Source: an uncultured Desulfarculus sp.
Lineage (GTDB): Bacteria; Desulfobacterota; Desulfarculia; Desulfarculales; Desulfarculaceae
Assembly: GCA_963665125.2 (NCBI GenBank)
Contig: CAXXUK010000002.1
Location: 128,001-192,000, forward strand
Direction of reading: 5' to 3'
DNA length: 64,000 nucleotides
The stretch's first letter is position 1; each line of letters starts with the position of its first letter. Shown here piece by piece: positions 59,368 to 64,000 of the stretch. A program made the position numbers and the translations under genes. The notes below the pieces were generated by a model. The model was not told the DNA's origin, did not search any database, and saw only the letters and a list, made by a program, of their open reading frames with translations.

Positions 59368-60381
59368 GTGGAACAAATCCGTAAAAGCGCCCGTGAGTTG
59401 ATGAAAGGCTATTGCAAGGTCTGTCCGGTCTGCGACGGCCGATCCTGCCCCAGCGCGGTGCCCGGCATGGGCGCGGCGGGAACCGGGGCGTCATTTCGCA
59501 ACAACATGGAGGCCCTGGCCCGCTACGGCCTTAACATGCGGGTGGTCCACGACGTGACCGCGCCCAAGACCGCCATCAAGCTGCTGGGCTTTGATCTGGA
59601 CATGCCCGTGTTGGCCGCGCCCATCGGCGGGGTCCAGTTCAACATGGGCGGCGGCGTCAGCGAGGATGCCTACATCCAGGCCGTGATGCAGGGCAGCCTG
59701 GATGCCGGGGCCATGGGCTGCTCGGGCGACGGCGCGCCGGATTTCATCATCGACGCGGCGGAAAAGGCCCTGCAAAGCGTGAGCGGCAGGGGCATTCCGT
59801 TCATCAAACCCTGGGAAGACGAAGATCTTTTCGCCAAGCTGGCGCGCATGCAAAAGGCCGGAGCCACGGTGGTGGGCATTGATCTCGACTCGGCCGGGCT
59901 GATCACCCTGGCCCAGATGGGCAAGCCCGTATCGCCCAAGACCCCGGCCAAACTGGCCGACATCATCATCGACTGCGACCTTGACTTCATCATCAAGGGC
60001 ATCATGACCCCCGGAGACGCCGAGGCCTGCGCCCAGGCCGGAGCCGCAGGGATCGTGGTCTCCAACCACGGCGGCCGGGTCCTGGACCATACGCCCGGCG
60101 CGGCCCAGGTGCTGCCGGAGATCGCCGCCGCCGTCAAGGGCGATGTGATGATCCTGGCCGACGGCGGGGTGCGCTCAGGGGTGGACGTTCTGAAGCTGCT
60201 GGCCCTGGGGGCCAACGCGGTGATGATCGGCCGGCCGGTGTCCGTGGCCGCGGTGGGCGGCCTGGCCGAAGGCGTGAAAAAATATTTCGAAAAGATAAAG
60301 AACGAGTTAATCAGCGCCATGATTTTAACGGGCTGCGGGGACGCGGCCCATGTCAACGGAGACGTTCTGTGTCGGGTTTAG
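59368..60381 (+). CDS. FMN-dependent alpha-hydroxy-acid oxidase family protein
   Basis: N-terminal CxxCxxC, IIKGI, VSNHGGR and DGGVRSG motifs. Confidence 0.88.
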   Translation: MEQIRKSARELMKGYCKVCPVCDGRSCPSAVPGMGAAGTGASFRNNMEALARYGLNMRVVHDVTAPKTAIKLLGFDLDMPVLAAPIGGVQFNMGGGVSEDAYIQAVMQGSLDAGAMGCSGDGAPDFIIDAAEKALQSVSGRGIPFIKPWEDEDLFAKLARMQKAGATVVGIDLDSAGLITLAQMGKPVSPKTPAKLADIIIDCDLDFIIKGIMTPGDAEACAQAGAAGIVVSNHGGRVLDHTPGAAQVLPEIAAAVKGDVMILADGGVRSGVDVLKLLALGANAVMIGRPVSVAAVGGLAEGVKKYFEKIKNELISAMILTGCGDAAHVNGDVLCRV

Positions 60382-60779
60382 AGCTGGAAAAACGCCTTGA
60401 ATATGCAAAAAATGTCGTCGGCAAAGACCCCTGGGCCCAGTTCGTGGGCATCGAGATCGAGGAAGTGAGCCATGCCTACGCCAAGGTGAGCCTGGTACCC
60501 CAGGCCAGGCACCTCAACGCCATGGACATGGTCCACGGCGCGGCGCTTTACGCCCTGGCCGACCAGGCCTTCGCCGTGGCCTCCAACACCCTGGAACGGC
60601 CCAATGTGCTCATCGAATCCAACATGAATTACATGAGCGCCGGCAAGGCCGGCTCCAAGCTCACCGCCGAGGTGCGGGCCAGGGACCTCAAACGCAAGCT
60701 GGCCATCTGGGATGTCGAGATAAGCGACGAAACCGGCAAGATCATCGTCCTGGGCCGCGGCATCACCTATGGCAAGTGA
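60369..60779 (+). CDS. PaaI family thioesterase
   Basis: HLNAMDMVHGAALYALAD. Confidence 0.85.
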   Translation: MSGLELEKRLEYAKNVVGKDPWAQFVGIEIEEVSHAYAKVSLVPQARHLNAMDMVHGAALYALADQAFAVASNTLERPNVLIESNMNYMSAGKAGSKLTAEVRARDLKRKLAIWDVEISDETGKIIVLGRGITYGK

Positions 60780-60788
60780 GGCGCCTGT

Positions 60789-61703
60789 TTGAGGCCCACC
60801 GACTACGCCCTTTTGATCGTGGCCTTCGCCGGGCTGGCCCTTGGATGGCTCTGGCCCGCCGTGGGCCTGATCGGCGAACCATACACGGTCTACATGATGA
60901 TCACGGTGCTGTTTCTGGCCTTTTTGCGGCTGGACTACGGCGCCCTGTTGACCATCAACGGCAAACTGGCCCTGCGTCTGGGCCTATGGACCACGGTCAA
61001 GCTTCTGCTGTTGCCGCTGGCCGTGTGGGCGGTGTTCCGCGCCCTGGCCCCGGAGTGGTCCCTGCCCGCTCTGATCCTAAGCGGCATCAGCGCCGGGGTG
61101 ACCTCGCCGTTTTTCGCCGGGTTGCTGGGCGCGGATATGGCCGCCAGCCTGCGCCTGGTGGTGTCCAGCACGCTGTTGGCCCCTCTTAGCCTGCCGGCCC
61201 TCATCGAGTGGCTGGAGGGCCACAGAGTGCACATCGCCTTTGGCGACATGGCTGCCAACCTGGCCTTTGTGGTGTTCACGCCGTTGATCCTGGCCGGTCT
61301 GTTGCGCCGCTTTGGGCCAAAGGCGGCGGGGGCCATCGCCGCCAGGCACATGCCCATCACCATGGTCATGTTTTTTTGCATCAACGCGGCCATCGCCGCC
61401 GGGTACAACGATTTCCTGCACCGCAACCCCCTGGATATTCTGGTCGTGCTTGGTTTGGCCACGGCCCTGAGCATCGCCTACATCGGTTTCGGCCTGGTCA
61501 TGGGCAAGGCCAGCGGCGGGCGCGTCGACGGCCTGACCGGGGCGGTTGGCCTGGCCTTTTGCAATAACGTCCTGGCCATGGTCTTTTCCCGGGAATTTTT
61601 CGGGCCCGAGACGGCGCTGTTGAGCGCGGCCTACACCTTCCCGTTCTTTTTGCAACTTATCCCCTTGCGCCTGGCCGCTGGCCGGGCCGACCGGAGTGGC
61701 TGA
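60789..61703 (+). CDS. Bile acid:sodium symporter family transporter
   Basis: About 10 TM helices with a BASS-like pattern. Confidence 0.7.
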   Translation: MRPTDYALLIVAFAGLALGWLWPAVGLIGEPYTVYMMITVLFLAFLRLDYGALLTINGKLALRLGLWTTVKLLLLPLAVWAVFRALAPEWSLPALILSGISAGVTSPFFAGLLGADMAASLRLVVSSTLLAPLSLPALIEWLEGHRVHIAFGDMAANLAFVVFTPLILAGLLRRFGPKAAGAIAARHMPITMVMFFCINAAIAAGYNDFLHRNPLDILVVLGLATALSIAYIGFGLVMGKASGGRVDGLTGAVGLAFCNNVLAMVFSREFFGPETALLSAAYTFPFFLQLIPLRLAAGRADRSG

Positions 61704-62806
61704 TGGTTTGGCAAAGACTGGCGTTTTTAGGCGTATACCTGCTTGTCTACGGATTCATCAACTTGGAAATATACCGCTTTGTAAGGCCCATCCTGCCCCA
61801 GGCCCAGCCGGTGCGCTGGCTGTTCATGGCCTGGCTGGTGCTGATGGTGGCGGCTCCGGCCATTTCGCGGATAGTTGAATATTTCGGACATATCGGCGTA
61901 GCGGCGGTTTTCGACGTGGTGGGCTATTGGTGGATGGGTTTCGCCTTTATCGGAGTGCTGGTCTATCTGGTGGTGTGGCTGGCCGGGCTGGTCCTGCCTT
62001 TTTCGCCCAAGACCATGACCCTGGTGGGTCTGGGCCTGACCCTGGCCCTATTTGCCTATGGCTTTATCGAGGCGGCCAACCCCAGGCTGACATTCGTGGA
62101 AATCGAGGTCGACCTGCCGCCGGGCACGGAGCGCATCCGCATCGCCCAGATCACCGACCAGCACCTGGGCTACACCATGAACTCGACCCGGCTGGCCAAT
62201 GTCTGCGCCATGGTGGCCTCCCAGAATCCGGACGTCGTGGTCAGCACCGGCGATTTGCTGGAAAATGTCTTGCCCGACGCCGACCACGCCCTGAAACCAT
62301 TGAAGGACCTCGACCCTCCCCTGGGTAAATACGCCGTATTCGGCAACCACGAAACGTATATGGACGCCAGGGCGGCCCTGGACTACCACCAACGGACCGG
62401 TTTCAAGGTGCTCCGCGACGAAGTGGCCGTGGCCGGAGACAAGCTGATCGTCGGAGGCATGGATTTCCGCAACCACCTGGACCCGGAAAAAGAGTTGGCA
62501 GTGCTGAAAAAAATGCAAAACGGCCTGCCCAGGCTTTTTTTAAAACACAGGCCCAAAGTGGTCGACGGCGGTGGCGAGTATTTTGACCTGATGCTGGCCG
62601 GACATACCCACGCGGGCCAGATCTGGCCCTTCCGTTATATCGTGAAGATGATTTTCCCAATGATAGAAGGTGAATACGAATTGCCGGGCGGCGGCAGGGT
62701 CTTTGTAAGCCGGGGATCGGGGAGTTGGGGCCCGCCGGTCAGGCTGCTGGCCCCTCCCGAGGTTGTGATAGCCGATCTGGTGCCCGGCAAAGGCAACGGC
62801 CAATAG
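61703..62806 (+). CDS. Membrane-anchored metallophosphoesterase
   Basis: TDQH, TGDL, GNHE, GHTHAGQ and SRGSGSWGPP motifs. Confidence 0.9.
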   Translation: MVWQRLAFLGVYLLVYGFINLEIYRFVRPILPQAQPVRWLFMAWLVLMVAAPAISRIVEYFGHIGVAAVFDVVGYWWMGFAFIGVLVYLVVWLAGLVLPFSPKTMTLVGLGLTLALFAYGFIEAANPRLTFVEIEVDLPPGTERIRIAQITDQHLGYTMNSTRLANVCAMVASQNPDVVVSTGDLLENVLPDADHALKPLKDLDPPLGKYAVFGNHETYMDARAALDYHQRTGFKVLRDEVAVAGDKLIVGGMDFRNHLDPEKELAVLKKMQNGLPRLFLKHRPKVVDGGGEYFDLMLAGHTHAGQIWPFRYIVKMIFPMIEGEYELPGGGRVFVSRGSGSWGPPVRLLAPPEVVIADLVPGKGNGQ

Positions 62807-62870
62807 GCCACCAGGGTTAAACGCCCCGCCGGAGCCAAACCCTGTCTACGCCGTCCGCCGGGGAGTCCTA

Positions 62871-63197
62871 TCAGCCCAGGGCTTCTTCCTTGTTGGCGTA
62901 CAGGGGGATGATCTTGGCGAAGCCGGCAATCTCGAACACCTGCTTGACTTCGGCGCGCAGACCATAGAGGCCCAGTTTGCCCTTCCGGGCGCCCATTTCC
63001 TTGGCCCGCATCAGCATTACGCGAAGGCCCGCGCTGCTGATGTACTCCAACTCGCTGAGGTCGCAAAGCAGGAGCTTGTCGTCGGCCTCGAGGAGTTTCT
63101 GCATTTCCTGGTCAACTTTCGGGCTGCTGCTGGCGTCCAGGCGGCCGGTGAGTTTGCAGATGAGAGCGCCGCCATCGCGGGTTGCCGTTACTTCCAT
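62871..63197 (-). CDS. STAS domain anti-sigma factor antagonist
   Basis: GRLD, DLSELEYISSAGLR, VFEIAGF. Confidence 0.92.
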   Translation of the reverse strand: MEVTATRDGGALICKLTGRLDASSSPKVDQEMQKLLEADDKLLLCDLSELEYISSAGLRVMLMRAKEMGARKGKLGLYGLRAEVKQVFEIAGFAKIIPLYANKEEALG

Positions 63198-63386
63198 GGA
63201 ATTCTCCTTTTTTCAGCTTCCAAGGGATTCTTGCAGGTCTTGGCCTCCATGTCAAACCCAACCGCTACCAAAGCTAATCCATTTTTTCTTTGGTCCTTTG
63301 CTTTATTATTTATAATAAGTTAGCAAAGACCCGCGGAATCCACGGTATTTTGTCCACCCGAGAGCCGAGGCAGTGCGAGGAGCGAC

Positions 63387-64000
63387 ATGCGTAGTTCAAA
63401 GAATACATATTGGCCGGATGATTATCAGTGTAAAAAGTATAACATGACCCAGGCCATCAGCAGGATTCGGCCGGGTCAGCGCGTCTTTATCGGTTCGGCC
63501 GCCGGAGAGCCCCAGGCCCTTGTGCGGGAATTGTCCAAAAGCAGCCAGCATTTCACCGATCTGGAGGTGGTGCGCATCCTCAGCCTGGAGAGCTCACCCC
63601 TGGCGCCCATCGCCATGCGTACATCCGATCATAGCATGAACATGCGCTATTTCTATCTGGGCTCGGGCAAGACCCAGACCCTGGCGGCTCACAAACGCTT
63701 TTTCTCGCCCGTCAACCTCTCGGCCGTGCCCCGTCTGTTCAAGACCCGGCAACTGCCCATCCACGTGGCCCTGGTGCAATGCAGCCCGCCCGACGATTTC
63801 GGCTGGATGAGCCTGGGTGTATCGGTGGACGTTACCATGGCCGCGGTGCAGGCCGCCGACATGGTCATCGTTCAGGTCAATGAAAACATGCCCCGGGTCC
63901 TGGGCAACAGTTTTGTCCATGTCAACGACGTTGACATCATTGTTGAGCACGATGAAGAACTCATCGGCATCGAACGGTCGCCAAATCTGGAATCGGCCAA
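63387..64000 (+). CDS. Acetyl-CoA hydrolase/transferase family protein, 5' part (runs off right edge)
   Basis: Not in the ORF track. ATG at 63387 after AGGAG. RIRPGQRVFIGSAAGEP, SPPDDFGWMSLGVSVD, QVNENMPR. Confidence 0.88.
   Translation, partial: MRSSKNTYWPDDYQCKKYNMTQAISRIRPGQRVFIGSAAGEPQALVRELSKSSQHFTDLEVVRILSLESSPLAPIAMRTSDHSMNMRYFYLGSGKTQTLAAHKRFFSPVNLSAVPRLFKTRQLPIHVALVQCSPPDDFGWMSLGVSVDVTMAAVQAADMVIVQVNENMPRVLGNSFVHVNDVDIIVEHDEELIGIERSPNLESA

Overview
GC-rich bacterial chromosome segment. The gene content (tRNA-Sec, hcp, xsc, CCG-domain protein) fits an anaerobic deltaproteobacterium/Desulfobacterota-type organism (inference). Bases 1-9412 are an integration hotspot around a selenocysteine tRNA gene (3403-3500) that has a tyrosine integrase and arm-type repeats on BOTH sides. 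The left element carries AT-rich cargo: a frameshifted HD-domain gene and the start of a metallophosphoesterase gene. The right element carries two near-identical excisionase-like genes, a stand-alone copy of its own integrase core-binding domain, a PC4-like gene and a helicase-like gene cut off by an IS3-family element. The remainder is mostly housekeeping and metabolic genes: MerR/acyl-CoA cluster, pxp operon, a trpEG-aroF-aroA-aroE-aroKB-aroC-aroQ operon, xsc-tauE, priA, deoC, mscS x2 and hcp. Items hidden from the ORF track include a complete Trp-Trp leader-peptide attenuator upstream of the shikimate operon, a TetR/methyltransferase insert bounded by two aroQ 3' alleles differing only at synonymous sites, a 92-bp IS3-end miniature element and several operator palindromes. 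Two orphan phage tail-assembly-chaperone-like paralogs are also present. All calls come from reading motifs by eye; no database searches were run.
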